Shown here: in pieces, positions 32,518 to 42,863 of the stretch
Layout of the letters: the number at the start of each line of letters is the position of its first letter
How positions within the stretch are numbered: position 1 is the first letter of the stretch
From: an uncultured Bacilli bacterium
GTDB lineage: Bacteria; Bacillota_I; Bacilli_A; RF39; UBA660
Assembly (NCBI GenBank): GCA_934097085.1
Contig: CAKONK010000001.1
Span: 4,221-68,220, forward strand
Reading direction: 5' to 3'
DNA length: 64,000 nt
Position numbers and translations under genes: made by a program
The notes under the pieces: model-generated
Told to the model about the DNA's origin: nothing
Database searches by the model: none
The model's input: the letters and a program-made list of their open reading frames with translations, nothing else

Positions 32518-33838
32518 TTTGTTTTTCCTCCATTAAAACATAGTCTGAAATAAATTTATCTAATTCATCAAACGTATACGCTGATTGTTCAACATAATAA
32601 GCTGGAATTTCATTTAAGAAGTCACTATTTGAATAACTAACTTTAAAAAGTTCATTTAAAAAATTCTTTTCAGCTGGTATAGCATTATCTGTCATTACAT
32701 TTTCTGGTCCAATAAATTCTTTTATATTTTTTATCATGTATGGATTAATATTTTTAACATAAGGATTATACTTCGGAACAATGATAGATTTAATATTTAC
32801 CATAGATTTAACATTTACATCAAATAAATCTGCAACTTGATTATTTTCAATATATACCTTACTTTCATCAAAATCTTTATCAATATGAAATTTTGACTTA
32901 TCAAATAATTTGCTTGTATCTTTTAAAATTATTCCCATAGAAAATGGAATACCAATTGCAACATATTTATCATTGACTTTCTTTATTGCAATTCTGTCAT
33001 TACATATATAATCATACCCTTTATTAAGTAAATTTAACATAGTGGTTGTTTTGCCTGCTCTTTTATTTCCAGAAATTATTATTCCTTCATCATTTTTAGC
33101 TATACAAGCACCATGAATAATAGTATATTGTTTTTCTTGTAATACCTTTATTAAAGTCGTTGTAAATATTCTTTTGATAAAATTTATGTCATTTTCTGTA
33201 AATTTCTTTATGAAAACATGCAATTCATTACCATTCTTATTTATATAAACTGGATCTTTCTGATCTTTTTCTTTATATGAAAATCCTAACTTACTATAAT
33301 CTGTAACACTATAATTAATAGTAAAGTCCACTGGTTCTATTCCCATTTCATAGTAATCAGCGTATTTATCAACTAAACTTTCTATTATTCTAATATCATT
33401 TGATCTAATCTTTAAATTAACATCGTTAATTTTAAAAATATATTCATACGAATTCATTATTTTGCAATCATTTTCACATATCTTGTTTATTTCATTAATG
33501 TCGTTTTTTATAAATTCTAAAGGTCTAATTGCTCTATCATCAATATAAAAGCCATTTTTTCCAGGCCAAGGTTTACCAAAAATAAGATCATCATAAGGTA
33601 TATTCCATTTTTTCAACCACCTTTCTAGAATTGGTTTTGTATTTTCTAGTATCTTATTAATATCACCATTATAAGTTCTCATATTTCTCGAAGTAAATAG
33701 CGTAATTTTATATCCTCTTTTTTTATACTCTCTAATTTTATTTACCATTTGAAAATATGGCACCAATTCTTCATAATTCTCATTTACTTTTTTAATAGGA
33801 CATATAGTCCCATCAATATCAATTACTAAATTATCCAT
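32486..33838 (-). CDS. Fusion of a HAD-like phosphatase with an HPr-kinase-like P-loop domain
   Basis: N-terminal LVIDIDGTICP...TSR...YIDDR. C-terminal HGACIAKNDEGIIISGNKRAGKTTT. I moved the start to the ATG at 33838, behind GGGAGGG; the track start at 33859 lies upstream of the RBS. Confidence 0.6.
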   Translation of the reverse strand: MDNLVIDIDGTICPIKKVNENYEELVPYFQMVNKIREYKKRGYKITLFTSRNMRTYNGDINKILENTKPILERWLKKWNIPYDDLIFGKPWPGKNGFYIDDRAIRPLEFIKNDINEINKICENDCKIMNSYEYIFKINDVNLKIRSNDIRIIESLVDKYADYYEMGIEPVDFTINYSVTDYSKLGFSYKEKDQKDPVYINKNGNELHVFIKKFTENDINFIKRIFTTTLIKVLQEKQYTIIHGACIAKNDEGIIISGNKRAGKTTTMLNLLNKGYDYICNDRIAIKKVNDKYVAIGIPFSMGIILKDTSKLFDKSKFHIDKDFDESKVYIENNQVADLFDVNVKSMVNIKSIIVPKYNPYVKNINPYMIKNIKEFIGPENVMTDNAIPAEKNFLNELFKVSYSNSDFLNEIPAYYVEQSAYTFDELDKFISDYVLMEEKQNVLRFTHTHK

Positions 33839-34526
33839 TTTTCCCTCCCATGACACCATGATAATTTAAGTAATGAAATTAGTAAAATATCAATTTTTTA
33901 TAAATGAAATGAATATATTTTAGTATAATTTTTTATTGCATTATAAATAATTTAATAATTTATTAAAAGTATTTTTTACTTTTTAAATTTAAATTTTTTA
34001 AAACTAAAAATTATACCTTACAAAAAAATAATTATAGTTTTTTTGATATGTTTTATATATATAACATATTTTTCTTAATAATTATAAAATACAAAATATT
34101 TTTATAGCAAATACTATTTTTTTATATAAAAATATTTTTATTGTTTATTAAAAAAAATTATATTCACTAAAAATAACATTCTATAAATTTTAAATAAAAA
34201 GAAAAATATTATATAAAAAAATAATTATTATTTTTCTTAATAGTCCTATTATTATTACTATTTAAAGATATTTTAAATATTTTTTTATAAATTTATTACT
34301 TTCTCTAAAGCATTTTTTTAAAAGAGTCTTGTCATTCTTTGACAATTATTTTTTGCCAAATTTTTCCATATTTTTATCGATATTACTTGATAATTATTAA
34401 ATACTTATATTTCATTTTGTTTTACTTTAACAAGTATGAATTTTTAGGACAATAAAAAAATAATATAATGATTAATAACAATGCTATATGATAATTTAAT
34501 ATCTTGTTTAAATAAGTTTTGTACAA

Positions 34527-34557
34527 AACAAAAAACTTAGACATTTCTATCTAAGTT
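34527..34557 (-). terminator. Rho-independent terminator of ppdK
   Basis: Hairpin acttag-acatttctat-ctaagt followed by a T-run in the minus sense. Confidence 0.55.
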
Positions 34558-34563
34558 TATAAA

Positions 34564-37185
34564 TTATTTTTCACTTTTAATTGCAGCTTGTGCAGCAGCA
34601 AGTCTAGCAATAGGAACTCTATAAGGTGAACATGATACATAATCAAGTCCAACATTGTGACAGAATTCAACACTTGATGGATCTCCACCGTGTTCTCCAC
34701 AGATACCTAAATGGATATTTGGATTAGTTTCTCTTCCTAATGTTGCAGCCATCTTAACAAGTTTACCTACACCTTTTTGATCAAGTTTTGCAAATGGATC
34801 ATTTTCATATATTTTCTTATCATAGTAGGCTCCTAAGAATTTACCAGCATCATCTCTTGAGAAACCAAATGTCATTTGTGTTAAGTCATTTGTTCCGAAT
34901 GAGAAGAAATCTGCTTCTTTAGCTATTTCATCTGCAGTAAGTGCTGCTCTTGGAATTTCAATCATTGTTCCAACATGATAAGTCATATCAATATTTTCAT
35001 TTTTAATTATTTCATCAGCTGTTTCACAAACTATATTTTTAACATATTTTAACTCTTTTACTTCACCAACAAGTGGGATCATAATTTCTGGAGTTATTTT
35101 AGTATTTAGTCTTCTTGATACAGCAATTGCTGCTTTAATAACTGCTCTTGTTTGCATCTTTGCAATTTCAGGGAACGTAACAGCAAGTCTACAACCTCTA
35201 TGGCCCATCATTGGGTTAAATTCATGAAGTGATGCAATTATATTTTTAATTTGTTCAACTGTCTTACCTTGAGAATCTGCAAGAAGTTTAATATCGGCTT
35301 CCTCAGTTGGTACGAATTCATGAAGTGGTGGATCCAAATATCTAATTGTAACACCATAACCTTCCATTGCTTCATATAATGCTTCAAAGTCTTTTTGTTG
35401 CATTGGTTCGATTTTAGCAAGGGCATTTTCTCTTTCTTCAACTGTATCAGAACAAATCATTTCCCTAATAGCGGCAATTCTATCTTTTTCAAAGAACATA
35501 TGCTCAGTTCTACAAAGTCCAATACCTTCAGCACCTAACTCTCTTGCTTTTGCAGCATCTTTTGGAGTATCCGCATTTGTTCTTACAGCTAGTCTTCTAT
35601 ACTTATCAGCCCAAGCCATAATTCTTTCAAATTCACCAGTAATTGCAGCATCAGTTTTTGGAATTAATCCTTTATAGATTCTACCAGTTGAACCATCTAT
35701 AGAAATTTCACTACCTTCAGTAAATGTTTCACCACCTAAAGTGAAACGTTTATTTTCTTCATCCATTACTATTTCTTGACAACCAGAAACGCAGCAAGTT
35801 CCCATACCACGAGCAACAACAGCAGCGTGTGATGTCATTCCACCACGAACAGTAAGAATTCCTTCACTAGCTTTCATTCCTTCGATATCCTCTGGAGAAG
35901 TTTCAAGTCTAACAAGTACAACTTTTTCACCTTTTTCATGAGCTTTTTTAGCATCTTCAGCAGTAAATACTACTTTACCTGCAGCAGCCCCTGGAGATGC
36001 AGCAAGACCTTTACCAATTTCGTGAGCTTCTTTTAAAGCATTTGCATCAAATGTTGGATGTAAAAGTGTATCAAGATTTCTTGGATCAATCATAAGTACT
36101 GCTTCTTTATCAGTAATTTTACCTTCATCAACTAAATCACAAGCAATTTTTAAAGCTGCTTTTGCAGTTCTTTTACCATTTCTTGTCTGAAGCATATAAA
36201 GTTTTTCATTTTCAATTGTAAATTCCATATCTTGCATATCATGATAATGATTCTCTAAAGTAGCACAAATATTAGTAAATTCTTCATAAACTTTTGGCAT
36301 AACTTCTTTTAAATGAGAAATAGGTTGTGGAGTTCTAACACCAGCAACTACATCTTCGCCTTGAGCATTCATTAAGAATTCACCCATTAAATGTTTTTCT
36401 CCAGTCGCAGGATCTCTTGTAAATGCAACACCAGTTCCTGAAGTTTCTCCCATATTACCAAATGCCATCATTTGAACGTTTACTGCAGTTCCCCAAGAAT
36501 AAGGAATATCATTATCTCTACGATAAACATTTGCTCTTGGATTATCCCATGATCTAAATACTGCTTTAATAGCTCCCATTAATTGATCAACTGGATTATT
36601 TGGAAAATCTTCACCAACTTTAGATTTATATTCTTCTTTAAACTCTCTAGCAAGCTCTTTTAAATCTTCTGCAGTAAGTTCAACATCTAAAGTTACTCCT
36701 TTTTCGGTTTTCATTTTATCAATTAAAGTTTCAAAGTATTTTTTACCAACTTCCATTACTACATCAGAATACATTTGAATGAATCTTCTATAGCAATCCC
36801 AAGCCCATCTTGGATTACCACTTTTTTGTGCTAAAACTTCAACAACTTCTTCATTTAAACCTAAATTTAAAATTGTATCCATCATACCTGGCATTGAGGC
36901 TCTTGCACCACTTCTTACTGAAACTAAAAGTGGATTTTCTTTATCACCAAACTTTTTACCAGTTATTTCTTCCATTTTTTTGATATTTTCAAAAATTTCA
37001 TTTTCAATATCTTCACTTATTTTTTTACCATCTTCATAATATCTTGTACAAGCCTCAGTTGTAATAGTAAATCCTTGAGGTACAGGTAAACCTAATTTTG
37101 TCATTTCTGCAAGATTTGCACCTTTACCACCAAGTAAATTTCTCATATCTTTATTTCCTTCAGAAAATAAATATACATATTTCAT
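34564..37185 (-). CDS. ppdK: Pyruvate, phosphate dikinase
   Basis: GGKGANLAEM, phosphohistidine loop GGMTSHAAVVARGMG and C-terminal GICGEHGGDP. I moved the start to the ATG at 37185, behind aaaGGTGGGaattat. Confidence 0.95.
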   Translation of the reverse strand: MKYVYLFSEGNKDMRNLLGGKGANLAEMTKLGLPVPQGFTITTEACTRYYEDGKKISEDIENEIFENIKKMEEITGKKFGDKENPLLVSVRSGARASMPGMMDTILNLGLNEEVVEVLAQKSGNPRWAWDCYRRFIQMYSDVVMEVGKKYFETLIDKMKTEKGVTLDVELTAEDLKELAREFKEEYKSKVGEDFPNNPVDQLMGAIKAVFRSWDNPRANVYRRDNDIPYSWGTAVNVQMMAFGNMGETSGTGVAFTRDPATGEKHLMGEFLMNAQGEDVVAGVRTPQPISHLKEVMPKVYEEFTNICATLENHYHDMQDMEFTIENEKLYMLQTRNGKRTAKAALKIACDLVDEGKITDKEAVLMIDPRNLDTLLHPTFDANALKEAHEIGKGLAASPGAAAGKVVFTAEDAKKAHEKGEKVVLVRLETSPEDIEGMKASEGILTVRGGMTSHAAVVARGMGTCCVSGCQEIVMDEENKRFTLGGETFTEGSEISIDGSTGRIYKGLIPKTDAAITGEFERIMAWADKYRRLAVRTNADTPKDAAKARELGAEGIGLCRTEHMFFEKDRIAAIREMICSDTVEERENALAKIEPMQQKDFEALYEAMEGYGVTIRYLDPPLHEFVPTEEADIKLLADSQGKTVEQIKNIIASLHEFNPMMGHRGCRLAVTFPEIAKMQTRAVIKAAIAVSRRLNTKITPEIMIPLVGEVKELKYVKNIVCETADEIIKNENIDMTYHVGTMIEIPRAALTADEIAKEADFFSFGTNDLTQMTFGFSRDDAGKFLGAYYDKKIYENDPFAKLDQKGVGKLVKMAATLGRETNPNIHLGICGEHGGDPSSVEFCHNVGLDYVSCSPYRVPIARLAAAQAAIKSEK

Positions 37186-37246
37186 ATAATTCCCACCTTT
37201 CACAAACCTTATTATATCAATTTTTGGTATAAATATATATAAATAT

Positions 37247-37281
37247 TTTAAAAAGTGTAAAGTTACTTTACACTTTTTTTA
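37247..37281. terminator. Bidirectional terminator between rel and ppdK
   Basis: 12-bp stem aaaagtgtaaag / ctttacactttt with loop tta, flanked by A and T runs. Confidence 0.65.
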
Positions 37282-37440
37282 ACATTTTTGGTTCTAATTT
37301 TGTCTTGTTTTGTCGAATCGCTTGCAATTATATAAAAAATAATATTTAATAACTTATCGAGGCGAAAGATTATTATTTATAAATAACATACTCCTTACAC
37401 ATGTTAATTGAAAACCTAATCCTTTCTTAATATTTTCGCC

Positions 37441-38820
37441 TCATTTTTTTAATGATAAACTTTTATTTTTATTATATAAAAGAGATACTCTATCATTATT
37501 TGTAAGAATATGATTTGGACCCACTAAATTATTATTTACATATGCTCCTAAAACAACATTAATAAATTCCCTTTTAGTTTTATAAGCAAAATCAATTATT
37601 GTTGAACCCTTAGCAAGTTCTATAGCATTACCATTTTCATCAAAAACATAGATAATATTACTAAATAATTCTTTTTGAATATGTTCAATAAAATCTTTAT
37701 TATCTGGATATTCATCATTTAAATCACAAATAGTATTAAAAAATTGATAATGAGTTTTTAAGTCTGTAAGCATATTGTCTTTTACATTTCTATCATCTTT
37801 ATCCCAATAACCAGTAAGTCCATAAGAATTTGCTTTATCCATTTCAAATGTTCTTATTTGACATTGAATTAATCTATTAAATGGTCCAAAAATACTTGTA
37901 TGCAAACTTTGATACATATTAGTTTTAGGACTAGAAATATAATCTTTGAACTTATAATTAAGCGGATGATATTTACTATGAATTAAACCTAAAGATTTAT
38001 AGCAATCCATAACCTGCCTTACCACTACTTTAAGAGCCACTAAATCGTGCATTTCATCAAGAGTAAAACCCTTTTTCATTTTTCGATAAATACCATATAT
38101 ATTTTTAGTTCTAACTTTCATATCATTAGGAATATTATTATCTAAAAGAAAATTATGAATTACTTTCTCAAGTTCAAATATATTATTAGATTCATATTTT
38201 TCAAAATTATATTTTTGCTCTAATATATTATGATATTTATCTGGCTCTAAATATTTAAATGATAAATCCTCAAGTTCAGTTTTTATATGATATGCTCCAA
38301 TATAACTTGCAAGAGGAACATAAATATTCATAGTCTCTTTTGCTTTTTCTATTTGTTTTTCAGGTGTTTTAAAATCTAGTGTACGCATATTATGAAGACG
38401 ATCAGCAAGTTTAATAATTAGTATTCTTGGATCATTAATTATGCTAGTAATAATTTTACGCATATTTGCAAGATTTTCTTCCTCTTTTGTTTGAAAATTC
38501 ATTTTAGTAAATTTAGTTACTCCTTCGACTAAAGAACAAACATCTTGTCCAAATAAAGTAATTATTTCCTCTTTTGAGGCATTTGTATCCTCTAAAGTGT
38601 CGTGTAAAAGTCCAGCACATACTGTATCACTATCTGCGTGCATCTCCGCTAAAATATAAGCAACTATTAAAGGATGAATTATATAATCTTCCCCACTTTG
38701 TCTTTTTTGACCTTTATGTTTTTCATATGCAAAAGCATAGGCTTTCTCTACCTTACTTACATCTTCAGATTTATAATTACTAAATAGTTTATATATTAAA
38801 TCTAAATAAATTCTTTTCAT
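37441..38820 (-). CDS. Short bifunctional (p)ppGpp synthetase/hydrolase (HD + RelA_SpoT + TGS, no C-terminal regulatory domains)
   Basis: HD HPLIVAYILAEMHADSDTVCAGLLHDTLEDT. Synthetase YQSLHTSIFGP. TGS-like GSTIIDFAYK. The likely start is the ATG at 38820, behind GAGGTGGG. Confidence 0.85.
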   Translation of the reverse strand: MKRIYLDLIYKLFSNYKSEDVSKVEKAYAFAYEKHKGQKRQSGEDYIIHPLIVAYILAEMHADSDTVCAGLLHDTLEDTNASKEEIITLFGQDVCSLVEGVTKFTKMNFQTKEEENLANMRKIITSIINDPRILIIKLADRLHNMRTLDFKTPEKQIEKAKETMNIYVPLASYIGAYHIKTELEDLSFKYLEPDKYHNILEQKYNFEKYESNNIFELEKVIHNFLLDNNIPNDMKVRTKNIYGIYRKMKKGFTLDEMHDLVALKVVVRQVMDCYKSLGLIHSKYHPLNYKFKDYISSPKTNMYQSLHTSIFGPFNRLIQCQIRTFEMDKANSYGLTGYWDKDDRNVKDNMLTDLKTHYQFFNTICDLNDEYPDNKDFIEHIQKELFSNIIYVFDENGNAIELAKGSTIIDFAYKTKREFINVVLGAYVNNNLVGPNHILTNNDRVSLLYNKNKSLSLKK

Positions 38821-38886
38821 ACCCACCTCACAAAAAACTTAAGACTATCATAACAAAAAATATGCTATTTTGTAAATAAAAAGAAG

Positions 38887-39930
38887 TTATTTTTCTTTTT
38901 TAACTTCTTCTTTTTTAGGTTCATCAATTTTGAAACCATAATGTTTTCTAATTTTATTTTCAATTTCAGTTTTAAGTTCAACATTATTTCTTAAAAATGC
39001 TTTAACATTTTCTTTTCCTTGACCAATCTTTTCTCCATTATATGAATACCAAGCACCACTTTTATCAATGATATCAATATCACTTGCAAGGTCAACTATT
39101 TCACCCTCTCTTGATATTCCTTCACCATACATTATGTCAACACTTGCAGTTCTAAATGGTGGAGATACTTTATTTTTAACTACTTTAATGTTTACTTTAT
39201 TTCCTACAACTGTATCACCAGATTTAATTTGTTCTCCTTTTCTTATATCAAGTCTAACACTTGAATAAAATTTAAGAGCTCTTCCGCCTGGAGTAGTTTC
39301 CGGATTACCAAACATTATACCAACTTTTTCTCTTAATTGATTGATAAAGATACATGTAGTCTTACTCTTATTCATATTTCCCGATAATTTTCTAAGAGCT
39401 TGACTCATAAGCCTTGCCTGAAGGCCAACGTGTGAATCTCCCATTTCTCCATCAATTTCCGCTTGAGGTACCAAAGCCGCAACAGAGTCAATTACAATTA
39501 AATCAACAGCTTCACTTTTAACTAGTGCATCACATATTTCAAGTGCTTGCTCACCAGTATCTGGTTGACTTAACAATAAATCATTAATATTTACACCTAA
39601 ATTTCTGGCATACACAGGATCAAGAGCATGTTCAGCATCGATAAACGCTGCTCTTCCACCTTTCTTTTGGACTTCAGCAATCGCTTGTAAGGCAATAGTA
39701 GTTTTACCACTACTTTCAGGTCCAAATATTTCAATGATTCTTCCAACTGGAAACCCGCCAACTCCTAAAGCAATATCAAGAGCAAGTGACCCAGATGAAG
39801 TAGTATCAATTTCGATATGTTCTTCATTACCAAGTCTCATTATGGCACCTTTTCCAAATTGTTTTTCAATATCAGCTAAAACCCCTTCTAAGATTTTATC
39901 CTTGTCTTTTTCATCTTTTGTTATTTTCAT
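38887..39930 (-). CDS. recA: Recombinase RecA
   Basis: [20 protein letters not shown] and [16 protein letters not shown]. Confidence 0.97.
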   Translation of the reverse strand: MKITKDEKDKDKILEGVLADIEKQFGKGAIMRLGNEEHIEIDTTSSGSLALDIALGVGGFPVGRIIEIFGPESSGKTTIALQAIAEVQKKGGRAAFIDAEHALDPVYARNLGVNINDLLLSQPDTGEQALEICDALVKSEAVDLIVIDSVAALVPQAEIDGEMGDSHVGLQARLMSQALRKLSGNMNKSKTTCIFINQLREKVGIMFGNPETTPGGRALKFYSSVRLDIRKGEQIKSGDTVVGNKVNIKVVKNKVSPPFRTASVDIMYGEGISREGEIVDLASDIDIIDKSGAWYSYNGEKIGQGKENVKAFLRNNVELKTEIENKIRKHYGFKIDEPKKEEVKKEK

Positions 39931-40011
39931 TTTTTACCTTTCTAAAACTCTGACATTTTCATTGTAACTTAATATTAAAAATATATCAAGTTATTTTGTC
40001 ATCACATATTA

Positions 40012-40040
40012 ATTATATTATACCAATTTTTATTTGTCAA
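40012..40040 (-). promoter_or_regulatory. recA promoter
   Basis: In the minus sense: TTGACA (40040-40035), 17-nt spacer, TATAAT (40017-40012). Confidence 0.55.
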
Positions 40041-40053
40041 GTACATTTGTTCG
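40040..40053 (-). promoter_or_regulatory. Candidate LexA (Cheo) box abutting the recA -35
   Basis: The minus-sense sequence CGAACAAATGTACT matches CGAAC-N4-GTTCG at 8 of the 10 specified positions. Confidence 0.45.
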
Positions 40054-40087
40054 ATTTAATAAAAAAACAAAAAATAGTAAATTAATA

Positions 40088-40513
40088 CTATTTATTTTGA
40101 AGCATATTTAATAAATCGATTTTAAACATTTCTTTTGAGGCATTTTGTTTAGAAATCATAATACCTTTATAAGTTGTAAGTTCACTTCTATGACCTTCTA
40201 AAAGTATATCTTCTGGTGTTAAAGTTTCAAGCATTACAATACCTTCTTTTTTATGAACTGTATATAAAAGTTTAACTTCACCATGAATTTGAGTAAATAT
40301 TTTATCACTAGGAAGCTTTAATTCATAACTTTCAGTACCATTTTTCTTATTTTCAGATACTTTCTCACCTACTAAATTACCATTTCTTAAAGATGGATAA
40401 TAATCAAAAGTAAGTTTTTTAAAAGCTATCATATTATATTTCTTTAAAGCTCTTTCTAGTTTTCTAAACTCATTTTCATTAATATAATCTAAAACATATC
40501 CTTTCATTTCCAT
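40088..40513 (-). CDS. Hypothetical protein (141 aa)
   Basis: ORF with an RBS. No motif recognised. Confidence 0.5.
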   Translation of the reverse strand: MEMKGYVLDYINENEFRKLERALKKYNMIAFKKLTFDYYPSLRNGNLVGEKVSENKKNGTESYELKLPSDKIFTQIHGEVKLLYTVHKKEGIVMLETLTPEDILLEGHRSELTTYKGIMISKQNASKEMFKIDLLNMLQNK

Positions 40514-40660
40514 TTCCCCCTTATTACGCTATAATTATAGCATAGTTATCAAATAATGTCAAGTTTACACCTCATTATTATTATTTACCCAATGGAACCT
40601 AATTATACAATGATTTTTATTTACTGTCAAATAAAAAGTGAAAATAATATTTATTTTCAC

Positions 40661-41539
40661 TTAATTTCTACGATTTACCGATATTAAAGCCATATCTATC
40701 GTTAATTGTTTTATTCTTTCAATAATTCTACGTGCTTTAACATTATCAACATTATCTTTAGAGCAAGATAGATGTTTTTCAAGTTCATTTATATCTAAAT
40801 TGCTTGTAAAAAATGTTGTTTTATGTTTATTCATTCTTTCTTGTAAAATAGTACCAAGAATCTCATCTCTTCCCCAATTAGTTACATTTTCAGCACCAAT
40901 ATCATCAAGTACAAGTATTTCTACATTTGAATAGTAACTTACCTTACTTTCTACCAAAGATAAATCCTCTTTTAAAGTTCGAAGTAATTCAGGGTAATAT
41001 ACAATTTCATATGAAATATGTTTTTTTATTTCAAGTTCATTTAAAAGGCAAGCAAGTAAAAATGTTTTACCACTTCCAAAACTTCCATGTAAATATAAAC
41101 CTTTTGGACTAGATTTTATATTATATTCATCATAAAATTTCTTTAAGAATTTAATTAATTCTATTCTATTTTTATCAGATACATCAATATCTTTCATTCT
41201 AGCATTTTTAAGTTCATTATTTTCATCTTTTTCATTTAAAATATTTTCATATTCTTTTAACTTTTTACATTTTGCGTAACCAAAGCATAGAAAACTTTCT
41301 TTATTTTCTGGGTAATATACATAACCTTTAATTTTATTTTTACACTCACTTAAACCTGGACATTTTTTACAATTATATAATTCATTTAAAGTGTCCTCTA
41401 AAGAAGATAAATTATTTTTAGCTTCGGTTTCATTTATCTTAAATTTATTGACAAGTGCTATAAAATCAGGGTTATTTTTAAGTTCATTATATTTATCATT
41501 TAAAATATTTTCATTATAATCGCTTTTTATTTTTTCCAT
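40661..41539 (-). CDS. dnaI: Primosomal helicase loader DnaI
   Basis: N-terminal Cys cluster CKKCPGLSEC, Walker A GSFGSGKTF and Walker B LVLDDIGAE. It lies directly downstream of dnaB, as in Bacillus. Confidence 0.85.
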   Translation of the reverse strand: MEKIKSDYNENILNDKYNELKNNPDFIALVNKFKINETEAKNNLSSLEDTLNELYNCKKCPGLSECKNKIKGYVYYPENKESFLCFGYAKCKKLKEYENILNEKDENNELKNARMKDIDVSDKNRIELIKFLKKFYDEYNIKSSPKGLYLHGSFGSGKTFLLACLLNELEIKKHISYEIVYYPELLRTLKEDLSLVESKVSYYSNVEILVLDDIGAENVTNWGRDEILGTILQERMNKHKTTFFTSNLDINELEKHLSCSKDNVDNVKARRIIERIKQLTIDMALISVNRRN

Positions 41540-42795
41540 TACTTAAACTCCTTTAATAAATCAGTTAGTTCTTTTTGTTCTTCTTCGGTTGCATCATTTC
41601 TTTCAATTTTTGTATTAAACCAAGCAGGTTCACTAATCTTCTTACTTGTAACAGTTATCTTCTTATTTAACTTTTTATGTTCTTTTTCTGCAAATTTCAT
41701 AGCTTCTTCCGCAGTTTTTAAATCAGCCCTTTTCCACTGACCAGCAATAGTTTCCACATATGCAGTTGTAAGACGATTATTATTTTTACGAAGACAATAA
41801 TCAAGTAATACATTAACAACCGCTGGAGTAAGTTCTAGATCAACTAAAAGGTTTTCTACAAGTTTTAGGTCTTTAGCCGTAGGACTTGCACCTTTATTTT
41901 TATATTTTAAAAAGTCATAAGGACTAATGCTTTCAAACATTTGAACAATTTGAGCATGAAGTGAGTTATCGCCACTTGCCTTTTTTAAATATTCAGGTTG
42001 AGTTCTATAAACAAGTGTTGGCATACTATTTGACGATAAATTATATTTCTTTCGAGCATTAATTCTAAGTTCATTTTTATCAATCATTCCAAATTCATTT
42101 AAACTATTACGCAAAAGTTCAATCATTTGTAAAGTATCAAAATCATATATAAATGATAAATTATCAATTAATTCTCTAGCCTTTTTATTAAGAGCTTTTT
42201 CAGATAAAACACTTTTAGGTATCGATGAGGTAATTAAATCATAATCAATTTTACTATTTAAACTAACAGCATTTGAGCATCTTTCTTTAGCACCATCTTT
42301 CGGAGCATATGAAGAAGAAATAAATACTTCATCCATCTTTTTAGTGATTTCCTCATAACCTGAATAATCGCTTCTTTTCTTTTGAAAATATTTAAATAAT
42401 TTATCATATTCATCTGGTCCAATATTGCTATAAAGAACCATATTAAGTATTGGATGATTAAAAAATTCTGATGGTAAAAGTGGACTATAAAGTTCATAAA
42501 TATAAGATTTTACATCACCAGGTTTTACATATGTTTTTAAAAGTCCTACAGCCTCAAGGCAGTAAAATGCACTTTGAACATTTTCTTTTGTATCATTTAA
42601 AAGTGAAATTAAATGTTGATGAATTTCTTCCTCACTTTCTTCCTCTTTTAAAGATAAATCTTGCCACAAAATAAGGTATAAAGAAACTGCTAAACTTCCT
42701 ATTATAGGCATATAAAAAGAAATTAAGTTTTTCTTGTCTACATCACTTAAAATAGTCTTATTTATTACTTTATACTTATCTGCAGGTAAAAACAT
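41539..42795 (-). CDS. dnaB: Replication initiation/membrane attachment protein DnaB (DnaD-like domains)
   Basis: DnaD/DnaB C-terminal motif YVETIAGQWKRADLKTAEEA, plus position immediately upstream of dnaI. Confidence 0.7.
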   Translation of the reverse strand: MFLPADKYKVINKTILSDVDKKNLISFYMPIIGSLAVSLYLILWQDLSLKEEESEEEIHQHLISLLNDTKENVQSAFYCLEAVGLLKTYVKPGDVKSYIYELYSPLLPSEFFNHPILNMVLYSNIGPDEYDKLFKYFQKKRSDYSGYEEITKKMDEVFISSSYAPKDGAKERCSNAVSLNSKIDYDLITSSIPKSVLSEKALNKKARELIDNLSFIYDFDTLQMIELLRNSLNEFGMIDKNELRINARKKYNLSSNSMPTLVYRTQPEYLKKASGDNSLHAQIVQMFESISPYDFLKYKNKGASPTAKDLKLVENLLVDLELTPAVVNVLLDYCLRKNNNRLTTAYVETIAGQWKRADLKTAEEAMKFAEKEHKKLNKKITVTSKKISEPAWFNTKIERNDATEEEQKELTDLLKEFK

Positions 42796-42863
42796 ATTTT
42801 CCTCCTACAAATATTATAAGATATAAAAATTAAAATCACAATAAAAAAAGATAACCAATTTGA

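Noticed and set aside
37368-37442. A 9-bp inverted repeat gaggcgaaa ... tttcgcctc with a 57-nt loop, followed by a T-run, overlapping the rel stop codon. Considered as a riboswitch or attenuator for ppdK.
   Set aside because: It lies upstream of the strong bidirectional terminator at 37247-37281, and the ppdK promoter sits below that. I recognised no conserved riboswitch core, so it is probably a fortuitous or auxiliary structure at the rel 3' end.
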